From a phage: 64,000 nucleotides of DNA. The notes under the pieces are model-generated. The model did not search any database. It saw only the letters and a program-made list of their open reading frames with translations, and was not told the DNA's origin. Positions within the stretch are counted from its first letter, which is position 1; the number at the start of each line of letters is the position of its first letter. The stretch lies in assembly GCA_020619395.1 (NCBI GenBank), contig GCA_020619395.1_4860.1; one strand, 5' to 3'. Both the position numbers and the translations under genes were made by a program. This document shows positions 19,401 through 28,212 of this stretch, in pieces.

Positions 19401-20573
19401 GGCTTTATTGCCGCGCCGTACGATAAACCAACCGGAAGAATTGCCAGCACACAATCCAGCGTTACTAATACGCTGGTTGATGCTCCTCGTGTAATCAAGA
19501 GCGTGGATGTTCAGTCGCCTGACTGTTTAGACTATCTCCCGGTTTCAATCGCTAGCGAGTTCGCAGCCATTGGTTCGCGCTGGCTTATTCGTTATCGCTA
19601 TATTGTTGATACGCAGATACTGCGAATATCGACGATTAGTAAGATAGGTGGCCAGGCTTCGGCAACTGTTCGTGAGATAGAATACGACGTTCCGTTTGAC
19701 GCGATTGATTATTTTAAAGGTGGCGCTTTATCGATTAGTGTTACTGGCATCGAAACTGGTGAAGGCGTCACAATCAACCACGGTTTGATGGACCCCTCCA
19801 CAACAGAAGTAGATTTAAATCGTTTCCATTATCTACGCTCACTATTTGAGTCGTATATTGAGCGTTCTCCAGACAGCCAGTCTTCTGGGCATGAGGAGAT
19901 GTCGATATCAACCGTCACGTTCGCGAACTTTGGAGATAACGTCGATAACCCGGTTACGGAATACATCACGATGTCTGCTGCAAGTGAGGGTTATCCGGAA
20001 CTTGCACCGAACGGTAAACTCCCCGCACCGTTTTACAAAGGGCTGCAGAAACGTGGTGCTCCGCTACTTGAGTCGGCTCCTGCAGACTATACGTCTAACG
20101 GTGGTGAATGGAAGTACGGCTTTATGCGGGCTTATCGCCCAACTCAAAATGAGCGTTTTGTGTCGGTAAATGGGACAATGCTCTCTAACTACCCTGGATA
20201 TATCATCGTGGGTAGTGAGAAAATTCCGGGTAATGTTATACCTTTCAGTGCATCGACAACAGCTGTTCAGATATCTGGGACTCTTGCCCGCACGAAACCG
20301 ATGCAGCCAATTCACATCGTGTTCGTGCCTCCGGAAGGTTCTGTGCCGCCGCTGCAAGCGAAGTTCACTATTAATGGCGTGGGCAGTAGTGGTAATCCGA
20401 TGTTCGTGATTACTGAAACGACACCGGTGGAACTTCGCACTGGTGGCGAGACGATTCTCATTGAGAAGCGTAATCCATTCCACATCCCCACCAGGACATG
20501 GGATTGGATTTTACAAACGTTGGATACTGAACGTAGAAACGAAGGCAACAACTCGGGTGAGTGGGCCTCTTAG
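16443..20573 (+). CDS. tail fibre protein 2 (1376 aa)
   Basis: RBS aaggag; DHHHNFADL and TASQTVPGIARYS / ATTSEPGVVTLT fibre repeat motifs. Confidence 0.7.
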   Translation: MKTYPYDPRGVNPECHFIEERIIDSDNPNDRVVMLDHRPFFEGLVVRLAGSSIPLTRGTDYELEYALTPLDDSVTTPVFCGVHLINPKLRGAVVFEGQMLGGTFYSGLIEMLDELIKALNNPTAADWLLLGNRPSLYPATPAAVAWSDMLNKKYVASAVHDVELDAGAANEQIREKLTELKDAVLGLGTEIATFNYPGHIASTNPHGTTAAQAGAHPVNLKTPDTFLAYGKTLRQLTSEVRALGLQQSDIDKYISKWVSKESKGVFNATISGTRALFRSPAGESEIVFSAEAFTLKSNGSVVLACGYADTTGTARFMEWKAGNNTLRIESTGSALGMDKLTLNGTTLLTTTALMGYQQDPGTGGGTVDPDDNKLYISGVNGITFTGKGSKADPVTGKVTAKPATTSEPGVVTLTDKPSDVVKGQAVTPASLLPYEGDLSSYVRKTTLLNNQPMDTGSRTLTKKDLGLDLADNTADVDKPLSDALAEAVTGLSDKDHHHNFADLQIPTASQTVPGIARYSTNLNGLSDNRGVTPNVLNDLSKRLDVVAAALANAKEDSVTDFAAVRGKTWTVGSTRTTLAVTDLNYFYLLNGARKEGTVSGSIDLQTTPMFQWFSPDNRMERTWQNAVINTGAGIDFSGFEVAVPETNYGAQIGLTTTGMGDLSVVNLLAKTWVRCDSGKLRIWVRGGGAVSVYLDGEIIGAGITEAGYLEAKVKEGWKQHCLAFRAECNDSAKAAAIRFTIYDGDFAVGASDKNTKVARLQEFVKTPNGLRHYLYVNMITDALYSRAEPIVDTEGINLERGYIGHIDVPDAGLVAGTTYEFETTFDFGMASELKRHFETRLAHGVSNTDWSLTDNPKMLPLNKVDPLPKQWLYAYPTNPSVSGDNLVRLDRGLFDYKFVSATSLRILLAAVVSTENASPYCWFTPSNPKENGMATFEGSVVIDTDYPEVPKTSDVEVSLNFMTPSADGKGKTRVLRWSNTKTSLNCGFIAAPYDKPTGRIASTQSSVTNTLVDAPRVIKSVDVQSPDCLDYLPVSIASEFAAIGSRWLIRYRYIVDTQILRISTISKIGGQASATVREIEYDVPFDAIDYFKGGALSISVTGIETGEGVTINHGLMDPSTTEVDLNRFHYLRSLFESYIERSPDSQSSGHEEMSISTVTFANFGDNVDNPVTEYITMSAASEGYPELAPNGKLPAPFYKGLQKRGAPLLESAPADYTSNGGEWKYGFMRAYRPTQNERFVSVNGTMLSNYPGYIIVGSEKIPGNVIPFSASTTAVQISGTLARTKPMQPIHIVFVPPEGSVPPLQAKFTINGVGSSGNPMFVITETTPVELRTGGETILIEKRNPFHIPTRTWDWILQTLDTERRNEGNNSGEWAS

Positions 20574-20574
20574 G

Positions 20575-20648
20575 ACGGACTGCCTACGGGCGGGTAGTCC
20601 GTAGGTAAACCGCCCTTCCGTTATTGGGAGGGCGGTCTCCGTTTTATT
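20575..20648 (+). terminator. tandem hairpins, terminator
   Basis: GC-rich hairpin 20575-20605 then accgccc/gggcggt hairpin 20609-20636 followed by T-run. Confidence 0.55.
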
Positions 20649-20668
20649 ACAGATTAGGAGTGTTTGCA

Positions 20669-23600
20669 ATGCCGAGAGAAGATGCGGCGCAGTTTAACGG
20701 TACCCTCAGTACCGCTACTTACCCGAACCGTTATTCGACGGTCATTCCCGTCGAAGCACCGTTCTATCGCATCGGGTTAACGTTAACCGTTACCGATAAA
20801 ACAACCGGAACCAAACGCAAGTTAATAGAAGGTCTTGATTATTTCTTAGGACATTACTTCCAGGAATTAGCCGAGGCTGAGAACGATGCAATATACGGCA
20901 GCATAATGCTGCTGAACGCCACAGAGGTAGAATACGAGTTGTTGTCGGTTGGTCGACAGTATCGCATCCCTGCTTCTGAAATCGGCAAGTATCTGGTTAA
21001 GACAGATATGAAAGACCCGCGTAACTGCGATTGGTCTGAGCTGATGAAATATCCGCCGATTATCTCGCCAATCGACCCGCCAAAAGATCTCGAAGAAGCC
21101 ATCCTTCGCGATGAGATTGTAAAGGCGCTGGAAGATATCCGACTGGGCATTTTAGAACGTGCCCACGAACTGGATGAGGCTTTTGCCGAAGTTACCGATT
21201 TGATTTATCAGAACGGTAAACAGGTGTTTGATGACGAAATGTATCAACACCACCTGATTAAAAATGCACATGGTTACACCTGTGGCGATATCGGTGCACT
21301 CCCTGTGCTCGGTAAGGCCGTGGATGCGACTAAGGCGTTTGGACGTACACTGGCAGAGCTAGTGACGTTAATGTCTACCAGCGGCATCCAACAGAAACAC
21401 GTTGACATGCTTCTGGATAATACCCTGGGTGATTTACTGGGCCGTATGCGTGTTCTGAATAACGACGCGATTACGTTCCAAACAACGTCTGGTCACGTTA
21501 TCAGCATGAAGGGTGAGAAGTTCATTATCACCTCGACAAAACCGCTGGTATTAAAAGCTGACCAGGATAACAACGAACCGGGTATCGCTACGGAGTTCAG
21601 TGCTGGTCTGAACACGCTTTGGGTTCACTCGGGTAAAGCAGGTGACAAGTGGGGCGCTTATGATGCAGGTGTGCTTGCACCTGTATATAACAGCGTGTAT
21701 CTCGTTACACCGGATATGGTTAAGATGTACTTGACCTCGGTGAAGATACTTCCAGCAAACGCCTACTTCAAGTCCAGCGACACGTTGAAGATTTACGGCT
21801 CTGGTAAAGAAACAAACAAAGTTTACATGAATGCGGAGCTGCCTGCAGCAACCACAACTGTGCAGGGTTTGTTTGCGATTACTAACCTCTCGGCATCCGC
21901 TGCAGCGTCCACAGCGATTTCCCAAAAAGCTGTTACTGACTTGAAGAACAAACTCGACGGATATGTGGACGACACGTATACAGTCAATGGTAAAGGGTTT
22001 GTATTAGATTCAAACGGGCAGATGCATCTGACCTTAACCGCGGCAGATTTCGGTATTGAGAAGATGAACAATACCGGACCGCTGGAGAAACCGGTTACTA
22101 ATGCGTTGCGCACCGTGCTATCAGGCAAAGCGCTTACAACGCACACCCACACCATTGCAGATCTCGATAACGTGCCGTACGCATCCACGTCTGTTACAGG
22201 TTTGGCTAAACTGTGGGATGCAATCGACACTACCTCGGATAAGATGGTCACTTCGCGTCAGGGCTTCTTGCTTGAACAAAAGATTGACACACTGAATGAC
22301 AAGATTGCTACGCTGTTGCCCGCATGGACTGTCGGCGGATCATCGTACGGCAACAATAACTTCTTGCCTATACCTGTCCAGGGGAACTACGAAGGGTATA
22401 CCAAAAACCAAACCTGGCAGAAAGGTTTGGCGCGTTACGAGTCTGGTAAGGTTTACTCGCTCCGTAACGGTTCTAACGGGAATCCACCAGGTGACTGGGC
22501 TATCTATTACGCCTATGCTGATGTGTCGCCAAGCAATACGCTGGAAAATATGCAGCAGACGTCCGTACGTTATCGACCCGCTGGAATGTCGGCGTATCCT
22601 GGGGTGAATCTGGTTGCTATTGTGATTACCGGTACCGATGCAATGATCTGCTTAGGCAGTGACGGTGCGTACTACCTGGTCATCTTCGATGGGACGATTG
22701 ACCATGCAAAACATCATCGTGTTGTTAAAGTGGTGTTGGGTGATTACAAGAACGGTAATGGTGCGGGCACAGTAACGACAGCACCGTGGGCTCCAAACGC
22801 TTCTACAGACGATTTGATTGTTTGTAATGAGCGTGTCTACCTGTTGCGTACGGTGCTTACCTCCGGTGACTATTTCGTGAGTATGCGTAGCATCGCACTC
22901 AACGAACTTAATCCGGGTGGTAGCAACACGTTTGTGGCGGATGCGTTAACAGGCGGGATATTAACGTCGGGTGAAAACGTTTATCTACGACAGGGACAGA
23001 AACGTGCAGCTTCCGATGCGCTCCCAGCACCAGTTACACAGATCTACGCAGACGCGTTAGCGAAATGGAACAATGCAATCAACTTTGTACATGGCCCTGA
23101 GTGTAATCACGCGATTGGTGTTGATGGGCTGAAATTTCGTGTTGGTTTAACGCCAACAGTCTGGTTTGCCTCCTCCACAGGACAGACGATTAACTTTAAA
23201 CAGTGGACGTCAAGCTTTGTTGTCGACTGTAGCGCATTAACGGTAACTCTGGAAGGCGCTGATCGATTCCCTATTGTGGCTGATCTTACCACGGTTCGTT
23301 ATAACAGTGGTGCTGAGATTGGGATTCCGAGCCGGAAGTGGGGCGAAGGCCAAGCTAATAACAAAACCTTTGCAACATCGCAAGACAAGTATATTGTTTC
23401 GCAAGGACATGCAGGCGATCGCGACCTAATGCCTTATGTCACGATTACAACGTTAGATGACGGTGTGAGTTGGTACGAGTACCTGTCGTGCGACTACAAC
23501 TTCACTGCCAGAAGTTTTAGTGCGGTAATGTTAAACCAAGGTCGTGGTTCTATCTACGAGCTGGGTATGGCGTATCCGCTGACTCTGGGAGCGAATTCCA

Positions 23601-25852
23601 GACTTATCTGGTTGTCACAACCGCGTTCCCGTTTGGCAATTGAAGTTGAGTTTGATCCGAACACCACTTACTCAGGTAAGGCGGGGTATGGCCCAACTAA
23701 CAATCGTCGTGTAGTAGATTCTATCACGTATGAGAATCTGTCGCAGATGTGCCACATTGTTACACCGGCGTCGCCTGGTACAGAGTTAAACGGCTGGTAT
23801 TGCACAGGACCAGAAACATTCCCTTATCACAACGTTTCTGGCACTTTCACGATTCATGCCGATCGGTTGACGCTGTCACAAGCCGAATGGGATAAGATGA
23901 AGCAGATGATCATCGACGGTGCACCGGCTGGCGCTGCGAATGGTTATGCTTCGGAATTTATCCTTGCCGCAAATAACGCAGGAAAGGCATTGTTCTCCGT
24001 TTGGTTCATCGGCATTGGTACGGCCACACCGCTCACGTTAGCACAAGTAGCATGTACGCGTACTGTGAACAACGTTAACGTGTTGGATATCTACTACTTT
24101 ACACTGAAACCAACAATCAGCAACGGGCAGGTAACATTCCCCGCAGCGATATTGGCTTTGTTTGACTTCTATAACAACCTCGACTATGGCTTGAACTATG
24201 CTACGTTGGGTGAGATAACGGGAGGAAAAACACGCCGGCCGGGACAACCTACACTGGTGTCGGTAGATGGTACTCGGTTCGGGTTGTATCTTCCACACAC
24301 GTTAACCTTGCGCCTGATTGGCGACTTGGGTGCGCTTAACTACGCTGTTGGTCTTACGCTGTCTAATGGTACTTGGACGCGTTCTTCTGCTCCACACGGC
24401 GTTGGACGTATGGCACCGGCACACACTCCAGTCAGTCCAGCTTATCTGGCCCATCGCGATCAAGTGATGCTACACAACTCATCTCTCGACTACGTCTACT
24501 GTGGTGGTATCGCAACGTCGTCGAGTGATTTTGTCGCGGCTCCTAATTTTAGTGGCCCGACTGAATCGGTTGTCATTGCTGGTGTGGAAACAGCTGAAGG
24601 TTGGCTGGTATATGTGACTGAGGAAGTTGACCTGCGTTTCGGCTCGAGCACTTATAAGCTGCCTACGTGGTATATTGACCTCAGCGCAGCATTTCCAACA
24701 AACCATCAGAACCGGACATTCTACCTGCACGCCAAGGTAGAAAATGGTACACCGAAGTACGTAATGGACGTGATTCAACATCCAGACACTGAAACGGAAC
24801 TCTATATCGGGTATGTTAAAACGGGCTCGTCGCGAGTCGTCGAGACTAACGTCGAACATGCTAAGCGATTAGGGGCGGTGAAACAACTGTTGGAACATGC
24901 GGCGGTTGAGAATAAGCATGATGTGGAGGTGGGAAGGGATGCAGCAACGGGCAGACTGGCACCATTGCGTAAAGAAGCGATGGGTCCTTTGTCGATCGAT
25001 GCTACGAAAGGCTATCTGGATAGTCAGTTGCTTTATACCGTATCCGACGCACAGCGTCGCGGTAAAGCGATGGTGTCCAAACGTTTCGAAGGCTTGAAAA
25101 CTTTGCCGGCGTTTACTCAGGCAAACAAGTCGGGGGCGTTTTGGAAACATCCTACAACAATTGCGACGGTAACGGCCGATGAGAACAGTGAAGCGACATC
25201 GTTGGGTATGGAGTGGGTAGGTATTCCAACGCCCGCTTTCGCTCCGACCTCAACAAACCTGATGGTGGTGGTGCAAAGTAAATTCGTCGTCCCAGGTACA
25301 CCGGGAGTAGAAACGACCTTTAATGTCCACGTTGCCCCATGGGAGGCGGTGGATGGCTTTTTCTACAACGTCGAGGCGGAAGGTACGGATGTTAACATTG
25401 ATGAAAATCCAGAAGTGTTATTGCCGTCACCACATACCGTGCACCACAAACAGCACTCTCTGCCAGCAGGCGTGCCGTGTACCTTTACATTTGTCGCGGC
25501 GGTAAGTTCTTCAGCGCTCGAAACAGCTAACCAGCATATTTGCTCTTGGCTTTTCACTGACGCTGGGGGACTACCAATCACCACCGATCTTTCGGATAGT
25601 AAGATTCAAATCTTACCACAGCCGGGAGAGACCAACGGCACACCAGTTGTTCTGAACAGTCGTAGCTACACGTTTACGAATGTGACAGGTGCAATCCCGG
25701 TTGTTACCACGGGCGCTCAGGGTTTATTCCCACCACCGATCGTGGCGTGGGATGGCGATGATCTTACGTTAACGATTGCGCACGATTGGGTGAACGAGAG
25801 GGGACGTCAACAGCCTGATGTTATCCAGGTCAATCTTATGTTCCGTACCTAA
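20669..25852 (+). CDS. tail fibre protein 3 (~1727 aa)
   Basis: ORF starts at 20624 but the ATG at 20669 has RBS aggag and lies after the terminator; THTHTIADL..TSVTGLAKLW and ATTTVQGLFAITN motifs. Confidence 0.7.
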   Translation: MPREDAAQFNGTLSTATYPNRYSTVIPVEAPFYRIGLTLTVTDKTTGTKRKLIEGLDYFLGHYFQELAEAENDAIYGSIMLLNATEVEYELLSVGRQYRIPASEIGKYLVKTDMKDPRNCDWSELMKYPPIISPIDPPKDLEEAILRDEIVKALEDIRLGILERAHELDEAFAEVTDLIYQNGKQVFDDEMYQHHLIKNAHGYTCGDIGALPVLGKAVDATKAFGRTLAELVTLMSTSGIQQKHVDMLLDNTLGDLLGRMRVLNNDAITFQTTSGHVISMKGEKFIITSTKPLVLKADQDNNEPGIATEFSAGLNTLWVHSGKAGDKWGAYDAGVLAPVYNSVYLVTPDMVKMYLTSVKILPANAYFKSSDTLKIYGSGKETNKVYMNAELPAATTTVQGLFAITNLSASAAASTAISQKAVTDLKNKLDGYVDDTYTVNGKGFVLDSNGQMHLTLTAADFGIEKMNNTGPLEKPVTNALRTVLSGKALTTHTHTIADLDNVPYASTSVTGLAKLWDAIDTTSDKMVTSRQGFLLEQKIDTLNDKIATLLPAWTVGGSSYGNNNFLPIPVQGNYEGYTKNQTWQKGLARYESGKVYSLRNGSNGNPPGDWAIYYAYADVSPSNTLENMQQTSVRYRPAGMSAYPGVNLVAIVITGTDAMICLGSDGAYYLVIFDGTIDHAKHHRVVKVVLGDYKNGNGAGTVTTAPWAPNASTDDLIVCNERVYLLRTVLTSGDYFVSMRSIALNELNPGGSNTFVADALTGGILTSGENVYLRQGQKRAASDALPAPVTQIYADALAKWNNAINFVHGPECNHAIGVDGLKFRVGLTPTVWFASSTGQTINFKQWTSSFVVDCSALTVTLEGADRFPIVADLTTVRYNSGAEIGIPSRKWGEGQANNKTFATSQDKYIVSQGHAGDRDLMPYVTITTLDDGVSWYEYLSCDYNFTARSFSAVMLNQGRGSIYELGMAYPLTLGANSRLIWLSQPRSRLAIEVEFDPNTTYSGKAGYGPTNNRRVVDSITYENLSQMCHIVTPASPGTELNGWYCTGPETFPYHNVSGTFTIHADRLTLSQAEWDKMKQMIIDGAPAGAANGYASEFILAANNAGKALFSVWFIGIGTATPLTLAQVACTRTVNNVNVLDIYYFTLKPTISNGQVTFPAAILALFDFYNNLDYGLNYATLGEITGGKTRRPGQPTLVSVDGTRFGLYLPHTLTLRLIGDLGALNYAVGLTLSNGTWTRSSAPHGVGRMAPAHTPVSPAYLAHRDQVMLHNSSLDYVYCGGIATSSSDFVAAPNFSGPTESVVIAGVETAEGWLVYVTEEVDLRFGSSTYKLPTWYIDLSAAFPTNHQNRTFYLHAKVENGTPKYVMDVIQHPDTETELYIGYVKTGSSRVVETNVEHAKRLGAVKQLLEHAAVENKHDVEVGRDAATGRLAPLRKEAMGPLSIDATKGYLDSQLLYTVSDAQRRGKAMVSKRFEGLKTLPAFTQANKSGAFWKHPTTIATVTADENSEATSLGMEWVGIPTPAFAPTSTNLMVVVQSKFVVPGTPGVETTFNVHVAPWEAVDGFFYNVEAEGTDVNIDENPEVLLPSPHTVHHKQHSLPAGVPCTFTFVAAVSSSALETANQHICSWLFTDAGGLPITTDLSDSKIQILPQPGETNGTPVVLNSRSYTFTNVTGAIPVVTTGAQGLFPPPIVAWDGDDLTLTIAHDWVNERGRQQPDVIQVNLMFRT

Positions 25853-25899
25853 CAGATAGCGCTATGGGGCAAGGAAGCCCCAATCAAAGGAGTTTGGCA

Positions 25900-27102
25900 A
25901 TGGCCGAAATCATTTATCAGTACCCGCTTGACCTTACCGGGACATTAACGTCGAACGCCGTTACACGGCGTATTACGTTAGGTTCTGGTAAAGTTAACCG
26001 GGCTTTTGCTTTTCCTGACGGAGCTTTCTACGCGGATACCTTCCGCTTGGCAGCTGCGAATAAACCAGGTGTCTACCCGTACAAACGCGGCACAGACTAC
26101 GAACTGATTTTTGCACATACTGCATATCAGAAAATGACCAAGAACCGCGAAGTGGTCATGGGTGTGGTGGTAACTAACTCGGCCATTCCTACTGATATCG
26201 AAGTCTCTGCGCAAGTCGTTGGTGGTTTTCAGTCCGCGAACGTCGAAGGTATCCGACAAGCGATTGCGTCGCTGAAAATTGAAGACCGTGTGGTGGACTT
26301 CAAGGATCTTCGAAACGTACCTGATACGTTCCCATCCGCCCCGACGTATAAAGACCTTGGCGATATCTACGGTTTTGAGTATATCATTACCGTACTCGCT
26401 GGGATTAAAGATGCGATTAACTCCGGCTCTGCAGTACAGCTGGAAGAAATCAAAGGTATTCTGGACGGTCTGAAAAACGACTTCCTCGATGCCTTAAATG
26501 CCCACATCAACGCCGAAGGTAACGTACACAATCTCGACATTCATCAGGTTAATGGCCTGACGGAGACGGAGATTCGTGCTCTGATTCAAAGTGTACAGAC
26601 TGCCATTGACGCCACTATCAAAGATATCGGCGACTTAAGAGCAGCAGACACGGCGTTGGGGCAACGCATCGATGCAATTGTGGCTTCGTTAGCCGCGTGG
26701 AACGACCAGCTTAATGTAGTTGCTCAAAATTACCAGAAAATGTCGTTAGCATTAGCTAACCTTAATTCTCTGGTGTTGCAATTACAGAAGATGGTTAACG
26801 ATCTTCAGTCTGCACTGAATGAAACAAATCAGCGCGTCACGGATCTTGAGAATCAGGGCAAAGACTTCCAACAGCAAATTGATAACCTGCAAGGACAAAT
26901 CAACAGTCTTAAAACTCAGGTTATAAACAACACCAACGCAATTTCGCAGGCAAACCAGAATCTGGCGAACCATGCGGCTGCGGATAACCCACACCCGAAT
27001 TACCTCCATAAACAGTATGGCGGTGTTGTGCAGGCTGCTGTTCACGTCAACAACAGCCTCACCTCGCGCGACGATGTTCAAGCTGAAGCGGGTACTAAGT
27101 AA
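25900..27102 (+). CDS. tail fibre-like protein with coiled-coil segment (~400 aa)
   Basis: ATG at 25900 with RBS aaaggag; N-terminal domain shared with fibres 1-3; heptad-like Q/N-rich region; ADNPHPNY near C-terminus. Confidence 0.5.
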   Translation: MAEIIYQYPLDLTGTLTSNAVTRRITLGSGKVNRAFAFPDGAFYADTFRLAAANKPGVYPYKRGTDYELIFAHTAYQKMTKNREVVMGVVVTNSAIPTDIEVSAQVVGGFQSANVEGIRQAIASLKIEDRVVDFKDLRNVPDTFPSAPTYKDLGDIYGFEYIITVLAGIKDAINSGSAVQLEEIKGILDGLKNDFLDALNAHINAEGNVHNLDIHQVNGLTETEIRALIQSVQTAIDATIKDIGDLRAADTALGQRIDAIVASLAAWNDQLNVVAQNYQKMSLALANLNSLVLQLQKMVNDLQSALNETNQRVTDLENQGKDFQQQIDNLQGQINSLKTQVINNTNAISQANQNLANHAAADNPHPNYLHKQYGGVVQAAVHVNNSLTSRDDVQAEAGTK

Positions 27103-27111
27103 CTTGTTTAC

Positions 27112-27158
27112 GAGCCGGACTATGTTTATGGACATAGTCCGCTCGTTCTACTTTTTAA
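27112..27158 (+). terminator. hairpin plus T-run between fibre 4 and the peptide genes
   Basis: gagccggactatgt-ttatgg-acatagtccgctc then gttctactttttaa. Confidence 0.6.
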
Positions 27159-27167
27159 GGAAGCGTA

Positions 27168-27560
27168 ATGGCGATATCTATTAAAGACGTCAGAAACCGC
27201 GTCCAGATAGTCGAAGCTAACATGGCGACAGGCCCCCGCATCGAGGCGCAAGTGGCCTCTAAAGCCCATAATGCAGCAGACCGATTTGGGGGTTGGACGA
27301 AAGCACAGCTAGATTGCGGCGGGACATGTTCTTGGACGTGCTCTAACGGTTGCTCGCATGGCTGTTCGAGCTGTTCAGGAAGCTGTTCTGCTTCTTGTAT
27401 CGGTAGCTGTTCTTCGACGTGTGGCGGTAACTGTTCTGGTTGCTCTGGTTGTTCTGGTGGTTGCAGTAGTAGCTGTACCGGTAACTGTTCAGGTGGTTGC
27501 GGCGGCTCTTGTTCCGCAAACTGCTCCGGGGCCTGCTCCGGCGGCTGTTCAGGTCGCTAA
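27168..27560 (+). CDS. Cys-rich repeat peptide 1 (130 aa), candidate RiPP precursor
   Basis: RBS aaggaag; ~48 aa leader then ~80 aa core with Cys about every 4th residue (CSxx units, ~22 Cys). Confidence 0.7.
   Translation: MAISIKDVRNRVQIVEANMATGPRIEAQVASKAHNAADRFGGWTKAQLDCGGTCSWTCSNGCSHGCSSCSGSCSASCIGSCSSTCGGNCSGCSGCSGGCSSSCTGNCSGGCGGSCSANCSGACSGGCSGR
27312..27557. repeat. low-complexity tetrapeptide-codon repeat (C-x-x-x)n in peptide 1
   Basis: periodic tgc/tgt every ~12 nt; creates spurious ORFs in other frames. Confidence 0.8.
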
Positions 27561-27570
27561 GGGGGATTAA

Positions 27571-27972
27571 ATGGCAATTGGATTAAAAGAACTGAATAAC
27601 CGATTAAACGCGATCGATGCAAACGCTTTAAAGAACACCACGAATGTGCAAAACTACATTCGCAATAAAGCTACGAATAACGCCGACTTGTTCGCAGGTC
27701 AAGGCCGTTCGCACTATGACTGTGGTGGCACATGCTCTTTTAGTTGCTCGAGTTGTTCTGGCGGGTGTACTGGGTCTGCTACGGGCGGTTGTGGGTCGAC
27801 TTGTTCCGCAAACTGTGTATCGGGCTGTAGCAGTAGCTGTACGGGCTGTAGCTCTTCGTGCTCGGGTGGTTGTAGCGGAACGTGTACTGGTAACTGTTCT
27901 GGGGGTTGTGGTAAATCCTGCTCCGCAAACTGCTCCGGCGCGTGTTCTGGTGGTTGTTCAGGTCCTAACTGA
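27571..27972 (+). CDS. Cys-rich repeat peptide 2 (133 aa), candidate RiPP precursor
   Basis: RBS aagggggat; leader similar to peptide 1; C-terminal ~30 aa nearly identical to peptide 1. Confidence 0.7.
   Translation: MAIGLKELNNRLNAIDANALKNTTNVQNYIRNKATNNADLFAGQGRSHYDCGGTCSFSCSSCSGGCTGSATGGCGSTCSANCVSGCSSSCTGCSSSCSGGCSGTCTGNCSGGCGKSCSANCSGACSGGCSGPN
27718..27969. repeat. low-complexity (C-x-x-x)n codon repeat in peptide 2
   Basis: same periodic Cys codon pattern. Confidence 0.8.
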
Positions 27973-27983
27973 CGGAGGCTTAT

Positions 27984-28190
27984 GTGATCAGTCTCAAGAC
28001 TATTCGAAACCGTCTCGTTACGGTAGAAGGTTACATTACAACCGCACAGGCAAACAACTATATCGCTAACCAGGGCACCGTGTCGACCACAAATAACCTG
28101 GCTGGCTTACCGCTTTCTCACTATAACTGTAATGGTGGGTGTAGCTGGTCCTGCAGCGGAAGCTGTAGCCGTGGAGCGGGGAATCGATAA
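27984..28190 (+). CDS. short Cys-rich peptide 3 (68 aa), candidate RiPP precursor
   Basis: GTG start with RBS ggagg; leader MISLKTIRNRL.. matches peptides 1/2; short core CNGGCSWSCSGSCS. Confidence 0.55.
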   Translation: MISLKTIRNRLVTVEGYITTAQANNYIANQGTVSTTNNLAGLPLSHYNCNGGCSWSCSGSCSRGAGNR

Positions 28191-28212
28191 CAGAAAACGT
28201 TCGGAGTATTAA

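Noticed and set aside
27358-28069. ORFs 27358..27570 (70 aa) and 27644..28069 (141 aa), Val/Ala/Arg-rich
   Set aside because: Alternative-frame readings of the periodic Cys-codon repeats; the Cys-rich frames have RBSs and conserved leaders.
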